From an uncultured Gammaproteobacteria bacterium (GTDB lineage Bacteria > Pseudomonadota > Gammaproteobacteria > Ga0077536), in assembly GCA_964642505.1 (NCBI GenBank), contig CAZXQY010000001.1:1-62848 (forward strand): DNA of 62,848 nucleotides. Direction: 5' to 3'. Positions 17,870-27,993 of this stretch are shown here, piece after piece; positions within the stretch are counted from its first letter, which is position 1, and every line of letters starts with the position of its first letter. A program made the translations under genes and the position numbers. The notes under the pieces were generated by a model. The model searched no databases, had not been told where the DNA came from, and saw only the letters and a list, made by a program, of their open reading frames with translations.

Positions 17870-18865
17870 TTGAGTCGTATGCTGGCAATATCCTCCCTTT
17901 TTAAATTCGGCACTTTAATTCTGATTTTTATGCTTGCTCTATCTACAAGTATTCGTAATACACCCCGCCTAAATCAGACCTCCGCGTTGTATGCTTTAAG
18001 AACAACTGGTTACGGATCAACTTCGGATTTAATTCTACGAAAGAATTACGTTAGCAAAAAGAAGGAAGAAGTTTTCAAAACAATCAAAGAGAATGTTGAA
18101 AAAATACCGAAGAAACAATTAACATTATTGTCTCAAATCGTAGCTAACGGTACGTTACTTTTCCCAATATCTGACTATGAGAAATTAAGCAAATTAGAAA
18201 CAAATATTTTTTTTAAGGAGTTACTAAAGAGAGCTCTACAAAAAGAATTCAAGCAACTTAGCGAATACCACTCACTACACCAAACCTATAATCTCGAATT
18301 AGACAAGATAGAATCCACACTAAAAATAATACTGGGCCACCCTGAAGTCACTACCACTCCAATAACACCGATTTTGGGAAAGCCTTTCAACGATTTCTTT
18401 ATTAATTTGAACAAATCTTTAACACAAACCACTCTGACTCGACCCGATGAGAAAAAAAATGATTCAATATATCTACCATTCCCAAGACGAAACATGGATT
18501 TACCGACCTCTGGCCCAATATCGAAACTATCCGGAGCACCCTTCCATGAAGGAGGTGTCTCTTGGGAAGGAATTATCATTAAAAATAACGCAGGAGCATC
18601 GGTCAGGGCGGTAGGGGCGGGTGAGATCGTTTTTGCGGCAGACTTTAGTAATCTAAAAAATCTAATCATATTGGATCATGGCGATGGGTATTTAACCCTT
18701 TACGGCAACCTCAAACATTTATTAGTCTCTACTGGAATGTCAGTATCCGATAAGCAAGAATTAGGAATTGCACCAGATGCCACATCTGACTCACCTAAAG
18801 GGCTTTATTTCGAGATTAGAAAAAATGGTGAACCAGTCAATCCAAAAATCTGGTTCGATTATTAG
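17870..18865 (+). CDS. envC: EnvC-like murein hydrolase activator (degenerate LytM/M23 domain)
   Basis: 331 aa. Signal/TM N-terminus, a coiled-coil-like middle and a C-terminal LytM domain (ILDHGDGYLTLYGNL, GLYFEIRKNGEPVNP). The catalytic His/Asp residues are missing (WEGII instead of HxGxD, LYFE instead of HLHFE). gpmI-envC synteny matches E. coli. Confidence 0.7.
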   Translation: MSRMLAISSLFKFGTLILIFMLALSTSIRNTPRLNQTSALYALRTTGYGSTSDLILRKNYVSKKKEEVFKTIKENVEKIPKKQLTLLSQIVANGTLLFPISDYEKLSKLETNIFFKELLKRALQKEFKQLSEYHSLHQTYNLELDKIESTLKIILGHPEVTTTPITPILGKPFNDFFINLNKSLTQTTLTRPDEKKNDSIYLPFPRRNMDLPTSGPISKLSGAPFHEGGVSWEGIIIKNNAGASVRAVGAGEIVFAADFSNLKNLIILDHGDGYLTLYGNLKHLLVSTGMSVSDKQELGIAPDATSDSPKGLYFEIRKNGEPVNPKIWFDY

Positions 18866-18883
18866 GTCGATCAGGAGTCACTT

Positions 18884-20176
18884 ATGAATCTTTTTTATTT
18901 CTTCTTCGTTTTTATCTCCATCGCCGTTTTATCGCTGTCCAACGCTGACGACAACACTTCACCTAATTCCGAACTCGATAACGTAAAAACGGAGCTGCCC
19001 TTAGATGAAATCAGAGATTTTGTGGAGATATTCAACAAAGTAAAGACTGATTATGTCGAAGCGCTAAATGATAGTAATTTGATGGAAAAAGCTTTACGTG
19101 GCTTGATTAGCGAACTAGATCCTCATTCCTCCTTTCTTAGCGAAGAACATTACACCGATCTCCGAGAGAACACTTCAGGGAAATTCGGCGGTTTAGGGAT
19201 CGAAATCGGTTTAAAAAAGGATGCTATCATTGTCATTTCTCCCATCGACGATACCCCAGCAGAGAAAGCCGGTATTCTTCCGGGAGATATCATAACCAAA
19301 GTAGATAACTCCCCCGTAGGTGGACTGGGCATTGAAAACGCCGCCCGTAGAATCAAAGGCCCGCCCGGCACTAAAGTTAGTATTACGCTCGAAAGAACCG
19401 GCCACTCTAAGGCACTAAACTTTGAAATAAAACGGGCTCTTATCGATAATAAAAGTGTAACAATAAAGAAACTACCGCCCGGATATTTATACGTAAGAAT
19501 CTCCCAATTTCAAACATCTACCGGAAACGAACTAGCGACCAAACTAACTAAGTTTTCTGGAGCGAATGCTGACAAACTGACAGGTATGATTCTTGACCTC
19601 AGAAACAATCCAGGCGGTGTTTTAAGTGGAGCTGTAGCTGTAAGCGATGCCCTGCTGGCGAAAGGATTGATTGTCTACACAAAGGGCCGGCACCCCACAG
19701 CAGAATTAAAATATTCCGCTTCCAAAGAAGTTTTAATAGCAGACATTCCAATAATAACCCTAATTAACGAAGGTTCTGCCTCTGCGTCGGAAATTGTTGC
19801 GGGGGCACTCCAGGACAACGGGCGAGCAATTGTTGTCGGTAGACCGAGTTTCGGCAAAGGTTCTGTCCAGACTGTTTACCCCATGGGCAACAAAACTGCG
19901 GTGAAATTAACCACCGCTTGGTACTACACCCCTTCCGGTCGGTCAATCCAAGCGACGGGAATAGTACCCGACATTATCATCGAAAAATTTAATTTAGTGA
20001 GAAGCGGACAATCTAAAAGTGTCAAAGAAGCAGATCTTAACCGTCATTTGATAAACGTATCAAATAATCTAGAAAAACACACAGAATTTAGCTTCCCTCA
20101 ACTGGCGAAACAAGACTTCGAGCTTTATCAAGCCGTTAAACTGTTAAAAACAATGGTCATCACCACGAAACAATAA
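18884..20176 (+). CDS. ctpA: carboxy-terminal processing protease (S41 family, PDZ domain)
   Basis: 430 aa. Signal peptide, PDZ domain (GGLGIEIG, AEKAGILPGDIITKVD), catalytic region NEGSASASEIVAGALQD and the Lys region GKGSVQT. Confidence 0.88.
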   Translation: MNLFYFFFVFISIAVLSLSNADDNTSPNSELDNVKTELPLDEIRDFVEIFNKVKTDYVEALNDSNLMEKALRGLISELDPHSSFLSEEHYTDLRENTSGKFGGLGIEIGLKKDAIIVISPIDDTPAEKAGILPGDIITKVDNSPVGGLGIENAARRIKGPPGTKVSITLERTGHSKALNFEIKRALIDNKSVTIKKLPPGYLYVRISQFQTSTGNELATKLTKFSGANADKLTGMILDLRNNPGGVLSGAVAVSDALLAKGLIVYTKGRHPTAELKYSASKEVLIADIPIITLINEGSASASEIVAGALQDNGRAIVVGRPSFGKGSVQTVYPMGNKTAVKLTTAWYYTPSGRSIQATGIVPDIIIEKFNLVRSGQSKSVKEADLNRHLINVSNNLEKHTEFSFPQLAKQDFELYQAVKLLKTMVITTKQ

Positions 20177-20199
20177 AATTAGAATAGCCAACGATTTCT

Positions 20200-21876
20200 T
20201 TAATCTTTATCTTTTCCGAGTATGGAACCTAGAACCAAACCGCCACCCAACCCCCCTAAAAACACAACCAGTGCCAAGATGATACTTTCCGAACCGATTG
20301 GTGATTGCCGAGCAACATACAGAATCACGGAAAACAATAACAACCCTACCCCTGTCAAAGCCAGTACCAATTTCGCTATCATCCGCCTCAATTCTTCCTT
20401 CAGTAGCAACAATGACGGATCTCGAGTATGTACGATTAATTTACCAGAACGAATTTTATCTAGTAAATCGAAAACAACGGCTGGAGTTTCCGGCAGTCGA
20501 GCAACCAAGGTCGGCAACTCTTCTCTTATCCTGCCTACAACATTCCGGACTTTTAATTTCTCCGCCATAAACGATTCAACTGCTGGTCGAGCAGCTTCCC
20601 ACATGTCTAATTCTGGATCCAAATCTCTTGTTATACCTTCCACGCCTAGGAGAGTCTTCTGTAGCAATAAAAGCTGTGGTTGAATTTCCATGTTAAAGCG
20701 CCTGGCTGTTTGAAAAAGCCTTAATAGCAGATGTCCCAAAGATATCTCCTTAACTGGTTTGTCGAAAATTGGCTCACATACCGAACGAATAGCAGTTTCA
20801 AACTCATCGACTCTAGTTTCGGGCGGAACCCAACCTGATTCTACGTGCAACTCAGCTACTCGCCTGTAGTCCCGCTTAAGAAACGCCGAACAATTTTGGG
20901 CCAAATATCTTTGATCAAATTCGCTTAAAGAACCCATGATCCCGAAATCGACCACTCCGTATCGATCTGGCCGGGAATCCCTACCAGGAATAATAAATAT
21001 ATTACCAGGATGTAAATCTGCGTGGAAAAAATGATCCCTAAAAATCTGAGTAAATAGGATATCTAAACCATCTACAGCTAGCTGTTCTAAATTTACACCC
21101 GCCCTCCTGAGGCCATCTAGATCTGAAACATTCAAACCAACCACTTTCTCGGTAACCAGGATATTCGCTCGCGTGTACTCCCAATAAACTTTCGGTACCA
21201 GCAACACGTCCGAGCCTTCAAAATTTCGACCAAGCTGCGAAGCATTAGAGGCCTCACGAAACATATCTAATTCATCCAGAATGGTCTTCTCTACTTCAGA
21301 CACGATTAGCGAAGGTTTCAACTTAGCCCCTGGCTCCCAATATCTTTCGACTAAAGATGCCATAAGTCTCATCAGGGAAATATCTTGTACAATAATCGGC
21401 TTTATTTTTGGCCTAACCACTTTAACAATGACTTCTGTTCCGTCATGTAAAACCGCTTGGTGAACTTGAGCAATCGACGCAGATGCAACACAGTCCAAGT
21501 CGAATTTCAAGAAAATCTCGCCAATTTCCACGCCGTAAGCACTCTCAATAAGATTTTTCGCTTCTTCGCCTGGAAAAGCCGGTACATTGTCCTGTAAGCG
21601 AGACAGACCCTCTGTTATATCATCTGGCATCAAGTCCCTTCGAGTCGATAGAATCTGACCGAATTTAACGAAGATAGGACCGAGCTCCTCTAGCACTTTT
21701 CTTATCCTATCAGACTTAGCGTCATATTCACGCCGAAACCAGTTCCAAGGAAAAAGCCACAATAAAGACTTAAAAGGCTTCAGGAATGACACAGAGAAAG
21801 CAATCTCATCAAATCCGTGTCTTAACAGTACCCGTTGTATTACGAACAAACGGTAGATCTGACTAATTTTTATCAT
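20200..21876 (-). CDS. ubiB: ubiquinone biosynthesis regulatory kinase UbiB
   Basis: 558 aa in the ABC1/UbiB kinase family (LGPIFVKFGQILSTRRDL, ASIAQVH, HADLHPGNIF) with C-terminal TM helices. Its ATG overlaps the ubiJ stop (ATGA). Confidence 0.93.
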   Translation of the reverse strand: MIKISQIYRLFVIQRVLLRHGFDEIAFSVSFLKPFKSLLWLFPWNWFRREYDAKSDRIRKVLEELGPIFVKFGQILSTRRDLMPDDITEGLSRLQDNVPAFPGEEAKNLIESAYGVEIGEIFLKFDLDCVASASIAQVHQAVLHDGTEVIVKVVRPKIKPIIVQDISLMRLMASLVERYWEPGAKLKPSLIVSEVEKTILDELDMFREASNASQLGRNFEGSDVLLVPKVYWEYTRANILVTEKVVGLNVSDLDGLRRAGVNLEQLAVDGLDILFTQIFRDHFFHADLHPGNIFIIPGRDSRPDRYGVVDFGIMGSLSEFDQRYLAQNCSAFLKRDYRRVAELHVESGWVPPETRVDEFETAIRSVCEPIFDKPVKEISLGHLLLRLFQTARRFNMEIQPQLLLLQKTLLGVEGITRDLDPELDMWEAARPAVESFMAEKLKVRNVVGRIREELPTLVARLPETPAVVFDLLDKIRSGKLIVHTRDPSLLLLKEELRRMIAKLVLALTGVGLLLFSVILYVARQSPIGSESIILALVVFLGGLGGGLVLGSILGKDKD

Positions 21877-22478
21877 AATACATTACGGTCTTCCATAAGT
21901 CGTTTTACCCGAGATTCGATGCTATTAACCGCTTCCGAAACTTGATATATCTCTGCCTCCGTCTCAGCGATATCCTCGGGACATGGCAAAAGATTGACCT
22001 CAAAGATCAAGAACTCTCTCATTTCTTCTATGATGGACCAAGAACCATCCTTCAAAGATCTGCAAAATCCTTCATGCAGCCTGATTATTTGGTGTGCCCC
22101 CACGTCTCCAATCGAACTAGCTAGAATCTCCTCAAAACCTACACCTACTGACAAAAAAAAGTCTTGTAAATCCTGCATTACTGACAAATCTCCAGATACT
22201 TCCACACAGCCCGCGGGTAAGGATTCTCCCCTTCGCATGTAGTAAGCGAGAACCATAAAATCCCTCAAGCTCCCTGCAATACTCAAAGTGACAGACTCCC
22301 TTTCACTAGCAAACAAAATTCCACTAGACCTTACCGATAGTTTATAATCGAGAGACATGTCTGTGAGGGTGAACGCTAAGACTTGTCCGTTCAACTTATT
22401 AAGATACCCCTGCCCCCAGTCCGTTCCGCGAACAAATCCGTTCAGTCGTTCGATTAAAATTTGGACAGGGAAGCTCAT
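21873..22478 (-). CDS. ubiJ: ubiquinone biosynthesis accessory factor UbiJ (SCP2 domain)
   Basis: 201 aa sitting between ubiE and ubiB as in E. coli (yigP). The call rests on SCP2-like N-terminal half, context and size. Confidence 0.7.
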   Translation of the reverse strand: MSFPVQILIERLNGFVRGTDWGQGYLNKLNGQVLAFTLTDMSLDYKLSVRSSGILFASERESVTLSIAGSLRDFMVLAYYMRRGESLPAGCVEVSGDLSVMQDLQDFFLSVGVGFEEILASSIGDVGAHQIIRLHEGFCRSLKDGSWSIIEEMREFLIFEVNLLPCPEDIAETEAEIYQVSEAVNSIESRVKRLMEDRNVL

Positions 22479-22495
22479 ATCTAACGAATACCTCT

Positions 22496-23272
22496 CTATG
22501 TTTTTTGTGCTAGATGAATAGCTACGATTCCGGAGAGAAAATTGAAATAACTAACGTTCTCAAAACCTCTAGCCTCCATCATTGTTTTCAAAGATTCTTG
22601 GTCGGGATGCCGCCTAATCGACTCAACCAGATATTGATAACTTTCCCTGTCTCTCGCTACAGCTTCACCCAAACGCGGCAAAACTTTAAACGAGTAAAAA
22701 TTATAAAACCTGGACAGAAATTGGTTCCTAACCGTCGAAAACTCTAATAAGACCAATCGCCCCCCGATCTTGAGAACCCTGTACATCTCATCCAGAGCTT
22801 TTCTCTTATCAGAAAAATTTCGGAGCCCGAAACTCACTATGATTCGATTTACAGACGCGTCCGGAAATGGTAGCGACTCAGCTTCAACGCCGACGTAAGT
22901 CAGACCATTTACCAAGCCCCTATCAGTTAATTTGTCCCTACCAGTCGATAGCATGCGGAAATTAGCATCACAAGATAGTAGTACGTCATTTTCACCCAAT
23001 TTTTCCCCTATTAATTTTGAAATATCGCCGGTCCCCGAAGCTAAATCCAAAATAACTTGTCCTTCTTCAATATCCAGAAGCTCCACAGCGTACTTTTTCC
23101 AAAATCTATGGATACCAAAAGACATCAAGTCGTTCATCAAATCATAACTTGGCGCTACTGAGCTGAATACTTTTTCGACCCGCCTAAATTTTTCGCGGGC
23201 TGGTATTTCTTGGTACCCAAAATCTGTGTGATCTTCGTCTCTTTTCATTCCATATCCGCCATTTTCAACCAC
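22496..23272 (-). CDS. ubiE: demethylmenaquinone/ubiquinone C-methyltransferase UbiE
   Basis: Motifs YDLMNDLMSFGIHRFWK and ILDLASGTGD. The likely true start is ATG 23248 (MKRDEDHTDFGYQ), which overlaps the upstream stop as ATGA. Confidence 0.93.
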   Translation of the reverse strand: MVENGGYGMKRDEDHTDFGYQEIPAREKFRRVEKVFSSVAPSYDLMNDLMSFGIHRFWKKYAVELLDIEEGQVILDLASGTGDISKLIGEKLGENDVLLSCDANFRMLSTGRDKLTDRGLVNGLTYVGVEAESLPFPDASVNRIIVSFGLRNFSDKRKALDEMYRVLKIGGRLVLLEFSTVRNQFLSRFYNFYSFKVLPRLGEAVARDRESYQYLVESIRRHPDQESLKTMMEARGFENVSYFNFLSGIVAIHLAQKT

Positions 23273-23619
23273 TTCTTACGATCGTGTCCCTCTCTCTTTA
23301 ATTTCTCCAAATAAGTTGCCCAGTACCTTTCCTTTTGGATATGAAGATCTCTAAGATAATCCCAAGAATAGAGACCAGTATCGTGACCATCGTCAAAGGT
23401 TATTTTCAAAGCATATGAGCCAATTAAATCTACCCGAGAGACACCAACCGAAACTTTGTCGAGCTGCAACACTGCCTGTTCCGGTGAATGGCCTCTAACC
23501 TCAGCAGAAGGTGAGTGCACCCGCAGAAATTCATAGGAAAAATCATATATTTCACCACATTCAAAAACGAGTTCAAGTTTTCTGGATTTTTGTCGTAATC
23601 TAATATCGGTGGGTATCAT
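23245..23619 (-). CDS. DUF971 (gamma-butyrobetaine hydroxylase N-terminal-like) protein
   Basis: 124 aa. The FLRVHSPSAEVRGH and DDGHDTGLYSWDYL motifs match DUF971 proteins I recall next to hslU in pseudomonads. Confidence 0.7.
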   Translation of the reverse strand: MIPTDIRLRQKSRKLELVFECGEIYDFSYEFLRVHSPSAEVRGHSPEQAVLQLDKVSVGVSRVDLIGSYALKITFDDGHDTGLYSWDYLRDLHIQKERYWATYLEKLKREGHDRKKWLKMADME

Positions 23620-23620
23620 T

Positions 23621-24964
23621 TCACAACACGTACTTCGTTAATTCGTCTTTTTCCACAAGCTTCCCGACATTAGAATCCACGAAATTCGCATCCACTAAAA
23701 CGCAATCTTCCACCCGATTCGGGGCAGAGAAAGAGACATCCTCTAAAAGTTTCTCCATAATAGTATGCAATCTTCGAGCTCCTATATTCTCGTTTCTTTG
23801 ATTAATCTCGTGAGCACATTCTGCAATTTTCCTAATTCCACACGCAGAGAAATTCAATTTCAACCCTTCTGTCTCCAATAAAGCTGAATATTGCTCACTC
23901 AGAGAAAAATCGGGTTCAGTTAGAATTAAAACAAAATCCTCTACTGATAAGGGGTTCAATTCAACGCGGTTAGGTAGGCGTCCCTGGAGTTCAGGAATTA
24001 AATCGGACGGCTTGGCAAAATGAAAAGCTCCGGAGCCGATAAATAAAATGTGATCAGTTCTAATTAGCCCATATCTTGTATTCACGCTACATCCTTCTAC
24101 TAAAGGCAATAAATCACGCTGAACGCCTTCTCGTGATACATCCGGAGCGGACACTCCTCCATTGCGAACTATTTTATCTATCTCGTCAAGGAATACTATG
24201 CCGTTCTGCTCCACATTTTCCACCGCACGACTCCTGATATCATCCTCATTTATCAACTTTCCGGCCTCCTCTTCATAAGTCAGTTTCAGAGCTTCGCTAA
24301 CTTTTACTTTACGAACTATCTTTCCGGGATTATTAAGGTTGGATAACATATTGTGTAACTGGTTGGTCATGTCTTCCATTCCAGGAGGAGCCATGATTTC
24401 CACACCTAAGGTCGGAGTATTTAGCTCTATTTCAATTTCACGATCGGCAAGGCTATTTTCACGAAGCATTTTTCGGAATTTCTGTCTTGTATCTCCCTCA
24501 TCCTCCCTGTCACGTTGTTGCTTTGTGGATAGGGGTAAAAGGACATCCAAGACTCGCTCCTCGGCCAAATCCCTAGCCGGCTTCTCCACCTCTAGAATCG
24601 CTTCATTTCTAGCTATACTGATCGCCCCTTCTGTCAGATCTCTTATTATGGATTCCACATCCCTACCTACATAGCCCACTTCCGTAAATTTCGTTGCCTC
24701 TACTTTTATAAATGGCGCACCAACCATACGAGCTAATCGTCTAGCTATCTCCGTTTTACCCACGCCGGTCGGGCCAATCATAAGGATATTTTTCGGAGTA
24801 ATTTCATTGCGTACCGCATCAGACAGTTGAGCTCTCCTCCATCTATTTCTCAGTGCGATGGCTACTGCTCGTTTTGCTGATCCTTGACCAACAATATGCT
24901 TGTCCAATTTATCTACTATCTGCTTCGGCGTTAAATCTTTCATATCAATCTTTTTTTTTATCAA
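23621..24964 (-). CDS. hslU: ATP-dependent protease ATPase subunit HslU
   Basis: 447 aa. Walker [16 protein letters not shown], Walker [12 protein letters not shown] and [18 protein letters not shown]. The true start is probably [10 protein letters not shown] (about 24943). Confidence 0.95.
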   Translation of the reverse strand: MIKKKIDMKDLTPKQIVDKLDKHIVGQGSAKRAVAIALRNRWRRAQLSDAVRNEITPKNILMIGPTGVGKTEIARRLARMVGAPFIKVEATKFTEVGYVGRDVESIIRDLTEGAISIARNEAILEVEKPARDLAEERVLDVLLPLSTKQQRDREDEGDTRQKFRKMLRENSLADREIEIELNTPTLGVEIMAPPGMEDMTNQLHNMLSNLNNPGKIVRKVKVSEALKLTYEEEAGKLINEDDIRSRAVENVEQNGIVFLDEIDKIVRNGGVSAPDVSREGVQRDLLPLVEGCSVNTRYGLIRTDHILFIGSGAFHFAKPSDLIPELQGRLPNRVELNPLSVEDFVLILTEPDFSLSEQYSALLETEGLKLNFSACGIRKIAECAHEINQRNENIGARRLHTIMEKLLEDVSFSAPNRVEDCVLVDANFVDSNVGKLVEKDELTKYVL

Positions 24965-25493
24965 GGTTTATTTGCTCTAGAGTAATATTGGTATTGGTAT
25001 ACACACATATTTCGCCAGCTACACTCATAGCTGTCTCAACAATCGATTTAGCGTCTAACGATGTTTCTAGTAAAAGTGCCCGAGCAGCAGCTCGGGCATA
25101 AGCGCCACCCGACCCTATAGCAATAACATCATTTTCTGGTTCAACTACGTCACCGTTCCCCGAAATCAAAAGTGACTGTCCTTTATCCGCCACTACGAGC
25201 ATTGCGTCCAGCTTTCTAAGAATTCGATCAGTTCTCCAATCCTTCGCAAGCTCTACCGCAGATCGGAGTAAATTTCCTCTTAGCTGATCTAACTTACCTT
25301 CAAATCTTTCAAAGAGTGTAAAAGCGTCCGCCGTACCTCCGGCAAATCCTGCGAGGACTTCTCCATGATAAAGCCTTCTTACCTTCTTAGCATTTGACTT
25401 AAAAACGGTATCGCCTACCGAAACTTGACCGTCGCCGGCCATAACTACACTACCCCCAAAACGAACTGATAGAATAGTAGTACCGTGAAACAT
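24945..25493 (-). CDS. hslV: ATP-dependent protease subunit HslV
   Basis: 182 aa. [12 protein letters not shown]-terminus (catalytic Thr after a short propeptide), plus GDGQVS and GSGGAYA motifs. Confidence 0.95.
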   Translation of the reverse strand: MFHGTTILSVRFGGSVVMAGDGQVSVGDTVFKSNAKKVRRLYHGEVLAGFAGGTADAFTLFERFEGKLDQLRGNLLRSAVELAKDWRTDRILRKLDAMLVVADKGQSLLISGNGDVVEPENDVIAIGSGGAYARAAARALLLETSLDAKSIVETAMSVAGEICVYTNTNITLEQINLDKKKD

Positions 25494-25538
25494 TTACTTT
25501 CCGTCTTACTGATCTTTACTGACGTCCGTCAATTATAT

Positions 25539-26438
25539 TCATTTGAGATTCCTTCGAGCTCTTGGATGAGCTTTGTCATACACGTTTGACAAATGCTGAA
25601 AATTGAGATGAGTGTATACTTGTGTCGTACTCAAATTGCTATGACCTAACAATTCTTGAACCGCCCTAAGGTCGCCTGATGATTCTAGGATATGGCTCGC
25701 AAAAGAATGTCTCAACATATGTGGATGAACAGTTGTTCCTATACTTAGTACCCGGCCCCACAAGTCCAATCTAGACTGAACTGTCCGGACACTAATTCTA
25801 TTCGCTCTACTACTCAAAAACAAAGATTGTTTATCAGCAGGCTCCTTTACGAAATTATCCCTGATGGACAACCAACGAAGTAAAGATTTCTTGGCTTGGC
25901 CACCGAGGGGCAACAATCTTTCCTTTTTACCCTTTCCCAACACTCTAATTTCGTCTCCTTGAATATCCACGTCTTCTATGTTCAAAGACGTTAATTCGGA
26001 AACACGCAAACCACAGCTATACATGAGCTCAAACATCGCTTTATCCCGTATAAGGATTTTGGAATCCACTCGTCGCGATAATAGAAACGACATCTGATCT
26101 ACATCTAAAACCGCCGGAAGTCGGCTGTTAGACTTAGGGGCTCTGATATCTTTAAAAGGGTGATTAAACACTAAATTTTCTTTTTCCAACCAGTTAAAAA
26201 ACCCTCTCAGGGTGGAAAGATTTCTCGAAATAGAGCGCCCTATCATTCCCCCTTCGTGACATTTAGACACAAAAGCTCGAACTTTTTTTTCATCCACTTC
26301 GGCCCAAGTTATACAACCAGATTTCTTAACAAAATCAACAAACTTATTTAAATCCATTCTGTAATTAGAGACAGTATGTTTTGACAAATTCACCAAAGTT
26401 CTGATGTACTGCTGCGCGGTTTTGTCAAAAAAGTTCAT
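25539..26438 (-). CDS. xerC: tyrosine recombinase XerC
   Basis: 299 aa. Catalytic motifs LSSRANRISVR, HMLRHSFASHIL and LGHSNLSTTQVYTH. It sits in the canonical dapF-DUF484-xerC context. Confidence 0.9.
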   Translation of the reverse strand: MNFFDKTAQQYIRTLVNLSKHTVSNYRMDLNKFVDFVKKSGCITWAEVDEKKVRAFVSKCHEGGMIGRSISRNLSTLRGFFNWLEKENLVFNHPFKDIRAPKSNSRLPAVLDVDQMSFLLSRRVDSKILIRDKAMFELMYSCGLRVSELTSLNIEDVDIQGDEIRVLGKGKKERLLPLGGQAKKSLLRWLSIRDNFVKEPADKQSLFLSSRANRISVRTVQSRLDLWGRVLSIGTTVHPHMLRHSFASHILESSGDLRAVQELLGHSNLSTTQVYTHLNFQHLSNVYDKAHPRARRNLK

Positions 26439-26475
26439 ATTTATAATTTCACCGAATCAATTACAAAACTAATCA

Positions 26476-27162
26476 TTAGTTTCTAAGTATCGGGTCGAGA
26501 GCGAGCACAACTATATCCCTGAGGTGAGACAAAAACTCTATCCTTCCTCCTCCTTCGTATCGTCCTAACTGTGTACTGCCGACCACTAGCACTCCTTTCC
26601 AATCTACCGAAACCATCGGGATAATTACCACCGATTTTATACTTTTTGAACTAAGTTGGAACAACTCTCTATGCTCTTTCTTAACCGGTCCCGAAATTGG
26701 ATCCGTATCGTCAGATTTCGGTTGAACCAATTCCATCAAGCCTAAGCCAACACCGAAATTTGTCACCTCTTTTCTTTTATCTCGAATTTCCATCATAATT
26801 TCATCCGCCCCAAAATCTCGTTCCATCCTGAGGGAAACCGCATCAAAAACCTCCTCGAGGCTCGCTCTCCCGATCAAGTCCTGAGCCAAGTGGCTTAACC
26901 GAACTGTGAATTCCCAGTTTTTTTCCGCTAGGCCTAAAAGTTTTTTCTTCTCTTCGCCTTGCTCAGAAATCTTGGCTCTTAACACGTTGTTTTGTTTTTC
27001 CAGCAACGAAGTTGCGGAACCCGCCTGATGAGATATCAACAAATTTAGAAGGGTGTCGTTATTTCTCTCAATAAACCATGGATTAGCTTCCAAAAATTGC
27101 TTTACCTGCGTCTCGTTTATATCGCCGGATAGTTCATCGTTAGAGTTTTTCGGTCGCGTCAT
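26476..27162 (-). CDS. DUF484 (YigA-like) protein
   Basis: 228 aa. N-terminal FLEANPWF...SLLEKQNNVLR pattern plus a GAF-like C-terminal half. It lies between dapF and xerC, as yigA does in E. coli. Confidence 0.75.
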   Translation of the reverse strand: MTRPKNSNDELSGDINETQVKQFLEANPWFIERNNDTLLNLLISHQAGSATSLLEKQNNVLRAKISEQGEEKKKLLGLAEKNWEFTVRLSHLAQDLIGRASLEEVFDAVSLRMERDFGADEIMMEIRDKRKEVTNFGVGLGLMELVQPKSDDTDPISGPVKKEHRELFQLSSKSIKSVVIIPMVSVDWKGVLVVGSTQLGRYEGGGRIEFLSHLRDIVVLALDPILRN

Positions 27163-27989
27163 ATGACAATTGTTCCCTCAAAAATATGATTAGCAGGCCC
27201 AGTCATCTTAAGGTCACCAGCCATGTCGCCGTCCCATTCAATAAGTAAATCACCACCAGTTTGTCTAACATTGACAAACGAGCTAAGTTTTCCCCATTTA
27301 AAACCGATTGCAACAGCAGCACAGGCACCCGTGCCGCATGCTGGAGTCTCGCCAACCCCTCGCTCCCAGACTTTCAGATTTATAAGAGATTCACTGACAA
27401 ACTCACAAAATCCAACATTTACTCCGTTTTGAAAACCCGCCCCACCCTGTATTTTCTTTCCTAACTTTTCAACGTCCGTATCTCCCAACGATTTTACTTC
27501 AACAACGGCGTGCGGGTTTCCCATCGAAACGGCCCCATAGCTTATCTCCTCGCCGTCGGAGTAGAATCTGTATCTATCCAGAGCGACTTTTCCTACAAGA
27601 CCAACTTTTTCTGGAACGAAATTTGGATTACCCATATTAACCCTGACCATATTTTCAGAAAGAACATCTCCATAATAAAGATTACCCCCGATTTCTGCGC
27701 ACGCCCGGTCAGCAATATCGTTTTTCCTGTTCAAATATAAGATAACGCATCGAAGACCATTACCACAGTGATCTGCTAGGGTACCATCAGCATTCACCAC
27801 CTTGTACGAGAAATCTGCCAGTTTACTGTCAGCCTCATCAATTAGGAGTATTTGATCGCAACCGATCCCTATCCGTCTATTAGCAATTCTAATTAACTGA
27901 TCCGATTGAAATTTAAAATTCTCCCCCCTTATATCTATTATTACAAAGTCATTACCAAGACCTTCCATTTTTGTAAATTTGAAAAGCAC
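27159..27989 (-). CDS. dapF: diaminopimelate epimerase
   Basis: Motifs KMEGLGNDFVIID, GNGLRC and active-site ACGTGACA. The ORF extends to ATG 28058 but would then overlap mscS. GTG 27989 gives the conserved M.F.KM.GLGNDF N-terminus and starts just after the mscS stop (27994). Confidence 0.9.
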   Translation of the reverse strand: MLFKFTKMEGLGNDFVIIDIRGENFKFQSDQLIRIANRRIGIGCDQILLIDEADSKLADFSYKVVNADGTLADHCGNGLRCVILYLNRKNDIADRACAEIGGNLYYGDVLSENMVRVNMGNPNFVPEKVGLVGKVALDRYRFYSDGEEISYGAVSMGNPHAVVEVKSLGDTDVEKLGKKIQGGAGFQNGVNVGFCEFVSESLINLKVWERGVGETPACGTGACAAVAIGFKWGKLSSFVNVRQTGGDLLIEWDGDMAGDLKMTGPANHIFEGTIVI

Positions 27990-27993
27990 GCCC

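Noticed and set aside
25494-25620. An expected sigma-32 promoter upstream of hslVU.
   Set aside because: Only a weak CTCGAA with no CCCCAT-like -10 element was found. A TATAAT occurs but without a credible -35. The small palindrome TGACG-ga-CGTCA is too short to interpret.
25539-26438. The tyrosine recombinase considered as a mobile-element integrase.
   Set aside because: It sits in the canonical dapF-DUF484-xerC chromosomal context. There is no flanking tRNA, direct repeat or cargo genes, so it is XerC. I could not find a dif-like site in the window.
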